Program-made: the position numbers and the translations under genes
Shown: positions 10,914-21,612 of the stretch, one piece after another
Layout: each line of letters starts with the position of its first letter
How positions within the stretch are numbered: the first letter of the stretch is position 1
Source of the DNA: an uncultured delta proteobacterium
Lineage (GTDB): Bacteria; Desulfobacterota; RBG-13-43-22
Direction: 5' to 3'
Length of the DNA stretch: 64,000 bases
Assembly: GCA_963743305.1 (NCBI GenBank)
Contig: CAVUPH010000042.1
Span: 82,018-146,017, forward strand
Notes under the pieces: model-generated
The model's input: only the letters and a program-made list of their open reading frames with translations
Told to the model about the DNA's origin: nothing
The model's database searches: none

Positions 10914-11600
10914 TTAGACGCTTTCCATCTTCGGCGGCTGATCTTTCCGGTGCCATTCCAGGGGGTTGATAAAAGTAAACCCCTGGGCCTCCAGTTTTTT
11001 CTTGAGCTGGAGCACGTTGTGGGTGAAGAGATAGGGGAAAAAGGCCCGTTTCCCTTCCTCCCAGTGCCGGGAGACCAGGACGCTTCCGAAGCGTATCTTT
11101 TCTTCGGTGATGGCATCGACAATCCGTTTCATCTGCCCCTGTTGATCGTCCGCCAAGATGCCCAGGAGCATCCCCGGTTCGTCGATGCCCAGGACCTCGG
11201 TAAAGGCCCGCAGCAGGTCCCGGAGGGAGATAATGCCGGCGACTTTCCCATCCCGATCCACTACCGGCAAAGCCCCTACGTGAATTTTCCGCATCAGCAG
11301 CAAGGCATCCTGCAGGGTATTGGCCGGGGAGACGGTCACCGGATCGGCGGTCATGATATCCTTGATTTTCAGTTCGTCGCTGCGCTCTTTCTGGCGAAGG
11401 GTTTCCTCTACCGAAAAAAGATCCGAGGGCCAGGCGCTGCGCACATCGCGGTCGGTGACGATTCCGATCAGGGTGCGATCGGCCGAGACCACCGGCAGGG
11501 AATGAACCCGGTAGCGACGCATCATCTCTTTGGCCTCCCCTATCCCGGCCTCCGGATCAATGGTGATCACTTTCCTGATCATGGCTTGGTCGATAAACAT
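10914..11600 (-). CDS. acuB: CBS-pair (plus ACT-like) protein, AcuB-like
   Basis: Two CBS domains (LPVV...GIVTDRD; LPVVD...GIIS); translationally coupled to the deacetylase gene. Confidence 0.75.
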   Translation of the reverse strand: MFIDQAMIRKVITIDPEAGIGEAKEMMRRYRVHSLPVVSADRTLIGIVTDRDVRSAWPSDLFSVEETLRQKERSDELKIKDIMTADPVTVSPANTLQDALLLMRKIHVGALPVVDRDGKVAGIISLRDLLRAFTEVLGIDEPGMLLGILADDQQGQMKRIVDAITEEKIRFGSVLVSRHWEEGKRAFFPYLFTHNVLQLKKKLEAQGFTFINPLEWHRKDQPPKMESV

Positions 11601-12580
11601 CAGCTATTTCCTTCCTCACAGGGGTCGCTGTGATTGCCTAACAGTATTTTCATATGGTTTCGGATCAATTCGGGGAGCCGGTTCAAGGAGTACCCCCCTT
11701 CCAGGATCGAGATCACCCTCCCCCGGGCGTACTGATCCGCCAGCCGCTTGATGCGCTCCATGATCCAGGAAAAGCCGGCGGTGGAAAGATTGATATTGGA
11801 CATGTCGTCGTCCGCATGGGCGTCGAATCCGGAGGAGAGTAAGATCACCTCGGGTTGGAAACGCTCGAAGGCCGGGATCAAGTCTCTTTCGATGGCGGTC
11901 CGGTATTCCTCGTCCCCGTGCCCGGGCAGCACCGGTGAATTAAGGGTGTAACCATACCCGGCCTCTATCCCCTTCTCGAATTCCCGGCCGGTGCCGGGGT
12001 AGGAAAAGGTCGGGTGCTCATGAATCGAATAATAAAAGACCGTGGGGTCCCGTTCGAAAATATGCTGGGTCCCGTTGCCGTGGTGGACGTCGAAGTCAAC
12101 GATTCCGATGCGCCGGATGCCCCATTCCAACTGCAGGTAGCGGGCGGCAATGGCCACGTTGTTGAAAAAACAAAAACCCAGGGCCCGGTCCACCTCGGCG
12201 TGATGTCCGGGAGGCCGGACGGCGCAGAAGGCATTGTCCAGCTTTCGCTCCATGACCTGCCGGGTGACTTCCAGGATTCCCCCCACGGCCAGCAGGGCGG
12301 TTTCAAAGGTCTCCTCGCAGATTTGGTTATCGGGGTGATCCAGCTCGCTCTTACCCATGAGGCAGGCCTCTTCAAAACGCCGGATATGTCCGACGCTGTG
12401 AACGGCTGCGATCCAGCGCTCTTCCACCGGGCAAGCCGGGATGATCGTCAGTTGGTCGAGGAGGGCATCCTGTTGCAGTCCTCGGTGAATGGCCGTCAGT
12501 CGCTCCGGGACCTCCGGGTGATAAGGCCCGGTCTGGTGGCGGAGAAAACGTTCATCAAAAAGAAGACCCGTCTTGTTCAT
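11600..12580 (-). CDS. Zn-dependent histone deacetylase-family protein (AcuC-like)
   Basis: HPEVPER, RPPGHHA, GFCFFNN, DFDVHHGNGT, GFDAH, LEGGY. Confidence 0.93.
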   Translation of the reverse strand: MNKTGLLFDERFLRHQTGPYHPEVPERLTAIHRGLQQDALLDQLTIIPACPVEERWIAAVHSVGHIRRFEEACLMGKSELDHPDNQICEETFETALLAVGGILEVTRQVMERKLDNAFCAVRPPGHHAEVDRALGFCFFNNVAIAARYLQLEWGIRRIGIVDFDVHHGNGTQHIFERDPTVFYYSIHEHPTFSYPGTGREFEKGIEAGYGYTLNSPVLPGHGDEEYRTAIERDLIPAFERFQPEVILLSSGFDAHADDDMSNINLSTAGFSWIMERIKRLADQYARGRVISILEGGYSLNRLPELIRNHMKILLGNHSDPCEEGNS

Positions 12581-12899
12581 AATCCGGAATTATTATTTTC
12601 CGTTGTCTTTTTGTCAACAGCTTTATGCTTCGACCTTGATCTGAGCCGACGTCATTAATAAATTGACTAACCCGGAGGACTTCGCTAAAGATCAATAACT
12701 ATAATAATCAAGGATTTTTGGATGAACTTCGAAAGGGGTCTCAAAAATTCTACCTGGATCGAATTCACCCCTGGCCTCCGCCCCACTTGTGCTTGGGAGT
12801 TTTGACCCTCAATAGTCCAAGAGCACCATGAAACCGTGGAAATTTGCTTTCCTCAGAAAAACGGCCCTGCCGATTCGGCTTCAAAAAGATAGACCGGCG

Positions 12900-14731
12900 A
12901 TGAAAAACTCAAAGGAGGAGTCCCCGTTCCCTCAAGGGTCATCCCGGGAAAAGGTTTCTCGAGAATTCATCGTCTTGACGGTACTCCTGCTCTATGCGCT
13001 GGTCGTCACCTATCCGCTGATTGTTCATTTATTGGATCGCCTTCCGGGGTGGCCCGGAGACAATCTGTATTTTCAATGGGAACTGTGGTGGTTTAAGCGG
13101 GCGATTCTCGACCTTAAGATCAACCCTCTCCATAGCCCGGACCTCTATTATCCCGCGGGGCTGGATCTTTCCCGGGATGAAGTGACGCCGTCCAATACCC
13201 TCCTGGGGCTTCCCCTGACGGCCCTCTGGGGCCCGACCGCGGCCTATAATCTCCTGGTCCTGGCTTCATTTGTGCTCACCGGATACGGTATCTACCGAAT
13301 CGTTTTCGAGGGAACCGGAAATCGCTGGGCCGGATTGCTGGCCGGAGTCGCCGCTTCCATCGCCCCTTACCGGATGACCCATTTGGCCGGGCATCTGAAT
13401 TTGATGGCTACCCAATGGATCGTGCTGACCCTGCTGTTTTTGGGGCGGTGGTTCAAAGACCAACGCCCCGGCACCATGGTCCTGGCCGGTCTGTTTTTCG
13501 CCCTCAACGGCCTGGCCGCCTGGTATTACTTTTATATCGGGACCGTAACCGTCGGCTTCTACCTGCTGCTGAGGTCCTGGCCTTTTGGAGCCTTCTGGAG
13601 GCAGCGTCGGGCCTGGTCGGGCTTGCTGATTTTTGGGCTGGTTTCTCTGTTGCTGGTTTTGCCCTTTGCCCTGCCTATCTTCAGATTGAGAGATCAGGGC
13701 CTGCTGGAACGGTCGATTTCCGATCTGGAGGCCTATGGGGCCAGTCCCGCGAATTTTCTGCTCCCCAACCCCTGGCATCCGCTCTGGGGAAATTTAGTCT
13801 GGAAGGTTTTTCCTGCTCAGTGGGGGGCGGTGGTGGAGCAAAACCTGACCCTGGGCCTGTCGGTTATGCTCTTGGCCGCTCTGGGAACAGTGGCTTATTT
13901 TCGGAATCGGGAAGTCCGGTTATGGCTTTGGCTGGCGGTGATCAGCGCGATTTTAGCCATGGGCCCGACGCTCAAGTGGAACAACCACCGTTGGGCATTC
14001 CATCTCCCGGCCCTGGCGGTTCAATGGGCCGAACAGACGGGTTTCACCTCTTTCCTGGATCGTTGGGTGGACCCCCAGTACGGTGAGGCCATCCGCGCCG
14101 GAAAGGGGTTCGTCCCTCTGCCCCTGATGCTCTTTTATGTCTGGTCCCGCTCACCTCGGCCATGCGGGCTTTGGTGCGTTTTGGCTGGATCACCTTTCTC
14201 TCGGTGAGCGTCCTGGCCGGATACGGGATTCATTGGTTCCTCTCGAAAATAACCGGTCGTCGGGTCTTGGTTTGGGGGTCCCTGGCCGTGGGCTTCCTCC
14301 TGATCCCCTTGGAACTCTGGACCCAAATTGCGCATTGGACCTCTACCCAACCCCGGCCGGTCGACCGCTGGCTGGCCGCACAGCCCTGGCCGTCGCCCGT
14401 GATCGAGTATCCTTTCCTGGATAATATTTCCTCCCGGCTCATGCTGGCTCAAACCGTTCACCAGCAGCCTCTGATCATGGGAGGGTTACCGCCTTCTTTT
14501 CATCCGCGGGAGTTATACCAAAGGAGCGAAAAGCTGAGATCTTTTCCCTCCCCGGCCGGAATCGAGGCCCTGCAGGGTTGGCGGACCCGCTATATTCTGG
14601 CCACTCCTTCCCACTTTCCCGGCGATCCGTCCTGGCGGGAATTCAGGAATAAACTGACCCGATTCCCGGAGGTCCGACTGGTAAAGGAAATCAACGGCGT
14701 TTGGGTTTATGAATTGCAATTGAGCGATTGA
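12900..14731 (+). CDS. Polytopic membrane protein, GT-C/YfhO-like glycosyltransferase; frameshift at ~14143
   Basis: Many TM helices; GDNLYFQWELWW and HLAGHLNL; continues in ORF 14162..14731. Confidence 0.6.
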
Positions 14732-14757
14732 ATGAATGGTGCGGATGGCAACCGCCC

Positions 14758-15594
14758 CTACCATTTTTGATCCAGTTCCCCTAAAGGGGAAGGGTCTTCC
14801 GATTTTCTCAGGGGAGGCTCGGCCTGCAGCGGCGCAGGGACATCGCTGGTCTCAGGAAGAGGGGGCCCTTCATTTTTCATCTCCGGCACCATGACCTCCT
14901 CAAAGGCCGGGATGACGATGCCCCTACGGACCATGATGTTATAAAAGATCCGGGAGCGATGGACCACGTATTTGGATTGGCTCCGCGGGTTGTATTTTCG
15001 AGGGTTGGGGAGGACGGCGGCCAGGCGGGCCGATTCTTCCGGACCTAAGGCCGAGGCCGATTTTCCATAGTAATTTCGGGCCGCCGCTTCAATGCCGAAG
15101 ATTCCCTCTCCCCATTCCACCACGTTTAAGTAAAGTTCCATGATCCGCTTTTTAGGGAGCGCTCTTTCCAGTCGCCAGGTCAGGATGGCCTCCTTGAGTT
15201 TTCGGATGGGATTCTTTGCCGGGCTGAGAAATAGATTTTTGGCCAATTGTTGGCTGATGGTGCTGCCGCCGACCTTGAGCTTGCCCTCCTTAAGGTCCTT
15301 TTCCATGGCCTTCTGGATCGCTTCAAGATCAAAGCCCTCGTGCTGATAGAATTTATCGTCTTCGGCGATAAGCACGGCCTTGATCAGGTAAGGCGAGATC
15401 CGCGACAGGGGAACCCACTGGCGTTTGATTTTTATATTTTTTCCTTCTCGCTGCCACTCTTTCTCCCGGTATTCCATAAAAGCGGTCTTGACGGGATTTT
15501 CCTTCTTTAGCTTCCCCACGTTCGGATAAAGGAAAAAGGAACCAAAATAAAGAAAGAGGGCCGCGAAAAACACCAGTGCAATCTTAGTAAGCAT
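14758..15594 (-). CDS. mtgA: Monofunctional peptidoglycan transglycosylase
   Basis: AEDDKFYQHEG, GGSTISQQLAKNLFL, RKLKE, ELYLN. Confidence 0.93.
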   Translation of the reverse strand: MLTKIALVFFAALFLYFGSFFLYPNVGKLKKENPVKTAFMEYREKEWQREGKNIKIKRQWVPLSRISPYLIKAVLIAEDDKFYQHEGFDLEAIQKAMEKDLKEGKLKVGGSTISQQLAKNLFLSPAKNPIRKLKEAILTWRLERALPKKRIMELYLNVVEWGEGIFGIEAAARNYYGKSASALGPEESARLAAVLPNPRKYNPRSQSKYVVHRSRIFYNIMVRRGIVIPAFEEVMVPEMKNEGPPLPETSDVPAPLQAEPPLRKSEDPSPLGELDQKW

Positions 15595-15707
15595 AGTTGA
15601 AGCACTTTTTCAAAGTTCTTTGCCCGTTCGGACAGGATGTTTGTTTTGAGTCGCCGCCGGATGTTCAACCTTCGACGTTCATTTCATATGGAAATAGAAG
15701 GTTCGGT

Positions 15708-15904
15708 GGTCATTCCAGCTCCGGGCAAATCCCCCTAAATCCCCCTTTGCCCCCGCGTGCCGCGGGGCAGGCGCCGGGGGACTTGGACTCCCCCCTTGGA
15801 AAAAGGGGGGCAGGGGGGGATTTTCATGTTTCGCGGGTGCCCGCCTCGAGCATGGGGGTTTAATACGAAAATAGAACCCGGCGCCACTCGGGCAATCATC
15901 AATA
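15708..15904. repeat. Palindromic repeat family B copy 1 (AATCCCCCTAAATCCCCCTTT...GGGGGATTT)
   Basis: Near-identical to 22842..23038, including the tail TTTAATACGAAAATAGAACCCGGCGCCA. Confidence 0.8.
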
Positions 15905-16068
15905 ATTAATAATTAACAATTGATTATTAATTATTAATATCATGAGGTTAAGTTGTTTCCGCGCCCCTATTATTTTCATGCTTCACGGGTACCCCACGAG
16001 GCGAAGCGCCTCTTTTATTAAGGGGTTGCCCCGCCTGCCGGATTAGGATAAATTGATATTCCTACCCT

Positions 16069-16082
16069 TTGACGCCTGTCAA
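16069..16082. promoter_or_regulatory. CRP/FNR-family-like site TTGAC-N4-GTCAA
   Basis: Perfect palindrome TTGACGCCTGTCAA 36 bp before the phosphorylase ATG. Confidence 0.45.
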
Positions 16083-16118
16083 GTCAAGAGGGTTCGATTA
16101 CCTTGAGGGAGGATTTGA

Positions 16119-17843
16119 ATGGATGCCGAACAAAAACTATTGATGGATCTAACCGCAGAACCCATGATCGCCTATTTTACCATGGAGATCGGGATCAACA
16201 GCAATATTCCCACTTACAGCGGCGGACTGGGGGTGCTGGCCGGGGATACGATCAAATCGGGGGCCGACCTGGAACTGCCGATGGTGGCGGTGACCCTGCT
16301 TACCCGGAAGGGATTTTTTCGCCAGGAATTGGATGAAAAAGGCCGGCAGATTGAACATCCCTATATTTGGGATCCGGCCACGTATATGACTCGGCTGAGC
16401 CGGCAGGTTTCAGTGGAGATCGAGGGCCGGGCGGTGGCAGTCCAAGCCTGGCACTATGTGGTCAAAAGTTTAACCGGAGGTAAGGTTTCGGTTTTTTTCC
16501 TGGATACCGAAGTGGAGGGGAACGCCCCGGAAGACCGGGGAATCACGGCCTCGCTTTACGGCGGTGACCAGGCCTACCGGCTTAAACAGGAAATCGTCCT
16601 GGGTATCGGGGGCGCCCGCATGCTGAAGACTTTGGGTTTCGAAATCAAGAAATACCACCTCAACGAAGGGCACGCCAGCCTGCTGACCCTGGAGTTGCTG
16701 AATAGGTTTAAAAGGCCCATCGAGGACGTCTGGGACGAAAAACTGATCTGGGACGTCCACAGTGTAAAGGATCTCTGCGTCTTTACCACCCACACCCCGG
16801 TGGAGGCCGGTCATGATCGTTTTCCGTACGACCTGGTCGAGCGGGTCCTGGGGAGCCTCATCCCCCTGGATATCCTCAAGGGGCTGGCCGGGGCGGACGA
16901 CCTGAATATGACGGTTTTGGCCCTGAACTTGACGGAATTCGTCAATGGGGTGGCTAAAAAGCATGGGGAAGTATCCCGGAATATGTTCCCGGGATATAAA
17001 ATCAATGCCATTACCAACGGGGTCCATTCCTATACCTGGACCTGCGACAGCTTTAAAAAACTATACGATAAATACCTGCCGGGCTGGGCCAATGAACCGG
17101 AGCTTTTCGTCCGGGTGGGCCGGATACCGGATATCGAAATCTGGGAGGCCCACCAAGCGGCCAAAGGTGTACTACTGGATTACGTTTTTAAGCAGACCGG
17201 GGTGGAAATGGATTTGGATGTCCTGACCATCGGGTTCGCTCGACGGGCTACGGCCTACAAACGAGCCGACCTGGTGTTCAGCGACCTGGAGCGGCTGGAA
17301 AAGATCGGCAGCGGGAAAATCCAGATCATCTACGCCGGCAAGGCCCATCCTCGGGACACACCGGGCAAAGTCCTGATCGAGAATATTTTTGCTTATAAGG
17401 AGCGTTTGGCCGGAAAAATAAAGATGGTTTATTTGAGCAATTACGATATGGACATCGCCCTGAAGATGGTCTCCGGAGTAGATGTTTGGCTGAATACTCC
17501 CCAACGGCCCCGGGAGGCCTCCGGCACCAGCGGCATGAAGGCCGCTCATAACGGGGTGATGAATTTCAGCGTCTTGGATGGCTGGTGGATCGAAGGCTAT
17601 ATCGAGGGGGACACCGGCTGGTCGATCGGCCCCAGTCCGGTGGAAACGAACCTGGTGGAGAACCACGACACCCGGGACTCCGATGACTTGTACGCCAAGC
17701 TGGAAACGGAAATCATCCCTACCTATTACGACGCCCGGAGCATCTGGGTCTGGATGATGGGGAACACCATCGGTCAGAATGCCTACTATTTCAATACGCA
17801 CCGGATGATGCGGCGCTACGTCACCGAAGCCTATATTCGCTGA
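16119..17843 (+). CDS. glgP: Alpha-glucan phosphorylase (short type)
   Basis: YSGGLGVLAGD, RLKQE, HLNEGH, EASGTSGMKA PLP motif. Confidence 0.93.
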   Translation: MDAEQKLLMDLTAEPMIAYFTMEIGINSNIPTYSGGLGVLAGDTIKSGADLELPMVAVTLLTRKGFFRQELDEKGRQIEHPYIWDPATYMTRLSRQVSVEIEGRAVAVQAWHYVVKSLTGGKVSVFFLDTEVEGNAPEDRGITASLYGGDQAYRLKQEIVLGIGGARMLKTLGFEIKKYHLNEGHASLLTLELLNRFKRPIEDVWDEKLIWDVHSVKDLCVFTTHTPVEAGHDRFPYDLVERVLGSLIPLDILKGLAGADDLNMTVLALNLTEFVNGVAKKHGEVSRNMFPGYKINAITNGVHSYTWTCDSFKKLYDKYLPGWANEPELFVRVGRIPDIEIWEAHQAAKGVLLDYVFKQTGVEMDLDVLTIGFARRATAYKRADLVFSDLERLEKIGSGKIQIIYAGKAHPRDTPGKVLIENIFAYKERLAGKIKMVYLSNYDMDIALKMVSGVDVWLNTPQRPREASGTSGMKAAHNGVMNFSVLDGWWIEGYIEGDTGWSIGPSPVETNLVENHDTRDSDDLYAKLETEIIPTYYDARSIWVWMMGNTIGQNAYYFNTHRMMRRYVTEAYIR

Positions 17844-17922
17844 GCGCGGAGCGCCGGGCGCATAGCATAAGGAGTGATGGAGCGCGGAACACGAAGCATT
17901 CGCTCCGCGCTCCGCGCTCCGC
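17843..17922. repeat. Heptamer (GCGCGGA/TCCGCGC) inverted tandem repeats between convergent genes
   Basis: Tandem heptamers forming a hairpin; similar run at 48516..48547. Confidence 0.6.
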
Positions 17923-17926
17923 GACC

Positions 17927-19186
17927 TTAGAAGCGCCAGGTCAAACCAAATTCATAGCTCATTTCGGTCAGGTTGGATTCCAGGCGAGCAGGCTGGCCGT
18001 TAAGGGCCGTGCCATCTTCGCTGATCGATTCCCCGAAACCGTAGGTGTAGCCCACATGGGCGGAAAAACGGTTGGAAAATTCGTACCCAATTCCGAGAGT
18101 GACATGGCTTTTGGTGATAGCCGGGAAGCCGATAATCCGGAAGGTTTCATAGTAATAGGCGGGCATGAATTTGCCCTGGACCTGGACCGGGTTGGTTCCC
18201 GCGAAACCGTTGTGGCTCTTGACCGGATTGTTGGCATAGTTGTAACCGGCCCGCAGCACCAGTTTATCCGTGGCCTTGTACTGGACTCCAAAGCCCAGAA
18301 CCCACTGGTCTTCCCAGTCGAAATCCTTGTAACCGGCGGCGTTGGCCCAATTGATCCACTTGCCGTCCATTTCGACCAACAGCTTGCCCGGCAGGATATC
18401 GAAGGCCACACCCAGACCCGCCTGTTGCGGTGATTCCAGATCGAGATCATCCTTGGTGCCGTTTCCGTCGAAATCCGCGACTCGCTCGTGTTTCACCTTC
18501 TGGGGGGTGACATAGGTGGCGCCCAGGGAGAGTCGATCCATCGGCTTGTAAATCATGCCGAGTTGGGCCCCAAAAGCATAGCCGGCGGAGGTGCCGCTGC
18601 CCAAGTCCAGCATGGCGTAATCCATGTGAGCGGCCAGGCCGAAGGAAAATTGGCTGTTCGGCTCAAAGGCGATGGAGGGGGCGAACTTCATGATCGACAA
18701 CTGGGTGTAGCCGCCGGCGACCAGGGGAAACCCGCCAAAATTGGCATACTGGGGCTGATCCAGGCTGGTATTGCGATAATCCACCCCCAGCCCGGAGACG
18801 CCGTAGGCCGCTAAGCCGAAACGCCAGAGGGGCAGGGTCTTGGTAATCGGGGTGGACAGGCCGATGGCCGGGATGGCATAGACATTTTCCTTGCTGTCCG
18901 CTTTGATCGTATTGCCCCCCAGCGTCACCTTGGCGTCCACCTTGGGGGTGAAGAGGGTCCCGGCAAAATTGAATTCCGACCCCGGGCAGTAGGGCCCGAA
19001 GCACATGGCGGCCGGGTTGGAAAACACGGCGCTGATGGCGTCCTGGGGAGCGGCGATGCCCACGCCGCCCATGGCCCGGGAGGCCGGTCCGATGCCGATT
19101 AAATTGTCCCCGTTGGTGGCCAAGGCCAGGGAAGCCCAGAGGACCACCAGTCCCACCAGAACACCCATTTTCAAGATCTTTTTCAT
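17927..19186 (-). CDS. FadL/OmpP1/TodX-family outer-membrane channel
   Basis: Signal peptide, ATNG...SRAMGG hatch, NPA motif, C-terminal aromatic TWRF. Confidence 0.88.
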   Translation of the reverse strand: MKKILKMGVLVGLVVLWASLALATNGDNLIGIGPASRAMGGVGIAAPQDAISAVFSNPAAMCFGPYCPGSEFNFAGTLFTPKVDAKVTLGGNTIKADSKENVYAIPAIGLSTPITKTLPLWRFGLAAYGVSGLGVDYRNTSLDQPQYANFGGFPLVAGGYTQLSIMKFAPSIAFEPNSQFSFGLAAHMDYAMLDLGSGTSAGYAFGAQLGMIYKPMDRLSLGATYVTPQKVKHERVADFDGNGTKDDLDLESPQQAGLGVAFDILPGKLLVEMDGKWINWANAAGYKDFDWEDQWVLGFGVQYKATDKLVLRAGYNYANNPVKSHNGFAGTNPVQVQGKFMPAYYYETFRIIGFPAITKSHVTLGIGYEFSNRFSAHVGYTYGFGESISEDGTALNGQPARLESNLTEMSYEFGLTWRF

Positions 19187-19250
19187 GCCTTCATCTCCTT
19201 TCTTCCTTTCGATTTTGAATGATTAAAAAAGGTATATGTAGACTCCTCCC

Positions 19251-20505
19251 CTAGTGAATCAAGGCGTCGGCCACCAGGGAGGAGAGAAATTGAACTTCCA
19301 CACCCATCTGATAATGGTCGTTTAAATCGCTGAGCTGGGTGTGGCAGTTTTCGCAGGCCGTGGCCAGAATTTTGGCCCCCGTTTTTTTGACCTGGTCCAC
19401 CTTGACCGTCACCGATTTCATGCGAAAGTCGAGCGTCTCCTCCCCCAGGGCCACCAGACCGCCGCCGCCGCCGCAGCACCAGTTGTAGCGTACATCCGCG
19501 GTCATATCGATAAACCGGCTGGTCAACCGGTTAAGGATATACCGCGGTTCATCGATGATTCCGGCGTTGCGGGCCATCTGGCAAGGGTCGTGATAGGTGA
19601 TCGGGACCTGGAATTTGTCTTTTTCTACCCGGATCCGGCCCTCCCGGAGGTAACGGGCGTGGACTTCGGTAATGGAACTGACTTTGAAAGGCTGTTTCCC
19701 GGAAAGCTGCTTCATCACCCGGAAGGCGGTGCCGCATTCGCAGATGCAGACCTCCTTCACTTTCAGCCTTTTGGCTTCATTCAGGATTCGATCCAAGATC
19801 AGCTTCGTCTTGGTGGGGTCACCGACAAAGGCCCCAAAGTTGACCGCTTCAAAAAAACTCAAGGTCCAGTTTTCCTTGGCGGCGTTGAAGATGGCGGCCG
19901 CCGGGATAATCGAATGGGCTCCGGCCAGGGCCACGTAGAGCAGATCGGCCCCCTCCACATCCACAGGAATGGGCGTTTGCCCGGCTTCCCCCCGCCATTT
20001 TTCAACGACCTGGGCCTCCAGGTTTTTGATTCCGGTCAAGAAATCCCTCTTTGAAGAACTCCAGGGACTTTCCTTTTTCAATGGAGGTGTCGGCCAGCAT
20101 GGAAAGGATCTCCGGCTCGGTACCGGATCCGACCAGGAGCAGTTTGGCGATCGACATCAGCATCTGGGTATCGATGCCATGGGGGCAGTAGACCATGCAG
20201 CGCCGGCAGCCGGTGCAGGAGTAGGCGGCTTCCGATAACTCCTGGAGGGCCATTTCGGTCAATTCCTTGCTTTCCCCCCAGGCGGGAAAGGCTTTCCCCT
20301 GGCCCTTAAAATATTTCTTATAAATCCGCCGGACGATCTCGTGGCGGTAGGCTGAAATATAGCGGACCTGCCCCATGGACTGGTAGGCATGGCAGGCCTC
20401 GGTGCAGGTCCCGCACCGCGAGCAGGTCTCCAGGTAAAAGCGCATGGCTTCATTGAGTTTGGATTGAAAGAGTTTCAGTAAATCGTCGCGTGTTTTTTCA
20501 TCCAT
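19251..20505 (-). CDS. DsrK/HdrD-like FeS protein (2x[4Fe-4S] plus CCG domain); one +1 frameshift at ~20041
   Basis: CSRCGTCTEAC, CTGCRRCMVYCP, ICECG, YHDPC, CCGGGGG, ACENC. Confidence 0.85.
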
Positions 20506-20507
20506 GG

Positions 20508-21224
20508 CTATCCCCTCCTCAATTTATTCATGGGAATAGTTAAAAAAGAATGCATGATCTTGCTATAAGGAAAGAGCATAATGAACAGGTTAGCAAAGAA
20601 GATATGCAGGACCAACATGAAGGAGTGTCCGGTCTGGTAGGCGGCATCCGGGACTTGGGGGCGCAGGAACAACAGGCTGGTGAAATAGGTCTTATAATCG
20701 CCGGGCCCCATTTCGCCGTAACCATACCAGCGGCGGGCCCAGTCCATCTGGGCGCCGAAGAGCACGGTCAGAAACAGCAGAATCAGCAGATAATAGTCTT
20801 CCGGAATGGAAAGGTCCCTGACCGGCGAGGCGAAACGCCGAAAGAGAAAGAAGAGCAGGGCGAGCGATAAAACCAGTCCGACGAAGCCTTTCCCCAGAAA
20901 AATCTCGTGGGGGATGAACTGGAAGACATTGAAGCCCTCGAACATTTCCAGATGGCCGATGATCAACAGCAGCAGGGCGAGGTGGAAGGACATCAGAAAG
21001 ACCCAGTGCAACGGTTTATGCCGCCGGACCGAGGGCATGAAGAAAGAATCCGCCAGGGCCCAAAACCAGGGGGGATTTTTTTGCGGATAGATCTGCAGGG
21101 TGCTGGCCGGATTCTTCGGACTGCCGATGATCTTGGCCAACTTGGTTATTGTCCCCACGATAAAGACCAGGAACGCCAGGTAGACCATGGGTACCAGGAT
21201 CAGGTAATAAATCGTTTTCATCAT
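20508..21224 (-). CDS. DsrM/NarI-like membrane cytochrome b
   Basis: About 5 TM helices with four His in NarI-type spacing (FH..GH; LH..SKIMH). Confidence 0.85.
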   Translation of the reverse strand: MMKTIYYLILVPMVYLAFLVFIVGTITKLAKIIGSPKNPASTLQIYPQKNPPWFWALADSFFMPSVRRHKPLHWVFLMSFHLALLLLIIGHLEMFEGFNVFQFIPHEIFLGKGFVGLVLSLALLFFLFRRFASPVRDLSIPEDYYLLILLFLTVLFGAQMDWARRWYGYGEMGPGDYKTYFTSLLFLRPQVPDAAYQTGHSFMLVLHIFFANLFIMLFPYSKIMHSFLTIPMNKLRRG

Positions 21225-21301
21225 TTCCTCCTATTGGATAAAAAGAAGGATCCTCTTTCCCTCAAAAGGATTTTTCGCGTTGCCCCTCTGCCGGAGAAGG
21301 G

Positions 21302-21328
21302 CCCCGCCCCCGGATTCCGGGGACGGGG
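21302..21328 (-). terminator. GC hairpin between tusA and the cytochrome b gene
   Basis: CCCCGCCCCCGGA-T-TCCGGGGACGGGG. Confidence 0.4.
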
Positions 21329-21348
21329 GTTGGGGAAGTTGAGGAGGT

Positions 21349-21591
21349 TTACTTAAGGCGTTTGATGTAAATTTTTATGACCCCGTCGCCTTGGTCGGTT
21401 TTTAAAATTTCGTTGCCGCTGGTTCGGGCCCAGGCCGGAAAATCCGCGAGCGCCCCGGGGTCCGTGGTCAGGGCTTCGATCACCTGGCCTACCTGAATCT
21501 CTTTGATGCCCTTGCTGACCTTAACCACCGGCATGGGGCAGGGAAGTCCTTTCAAGTCCATCACTTTGTCAACGTTGAATGTTTCAGCCAT
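21349..21591 (-). CDS. tusA: TusA-family sulfurtransferase
   Basis: DLKGLPCPMP motif, TTDPG. Confidence 0.93.
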   Translation of the reverse strand: MAETFNVDKVMDLKGLPCPMPVVKVSKGIKEIQVGQVIEALTTDPGALADFPAWARTSGNEILKTDQGDGVIKIYIKRLK

Positions 21592-21612
21592 TTTTTTTCT
21601 CCTTCTTAAATG

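Noticed and set aside
20030-20070. Programmed frameshift or selenocysteine in the FeS gene
   Set aside because: No in-frame TGA; a single extra T restores the frame, matching the window-wide indel pattern
19251-21224. Canonical dsrMKJOP or nitrate reductase operon
   Set aside because: No dsrJOP or narGHJ; the FeS protein (about 417 aa) is shorter than typical DsrK
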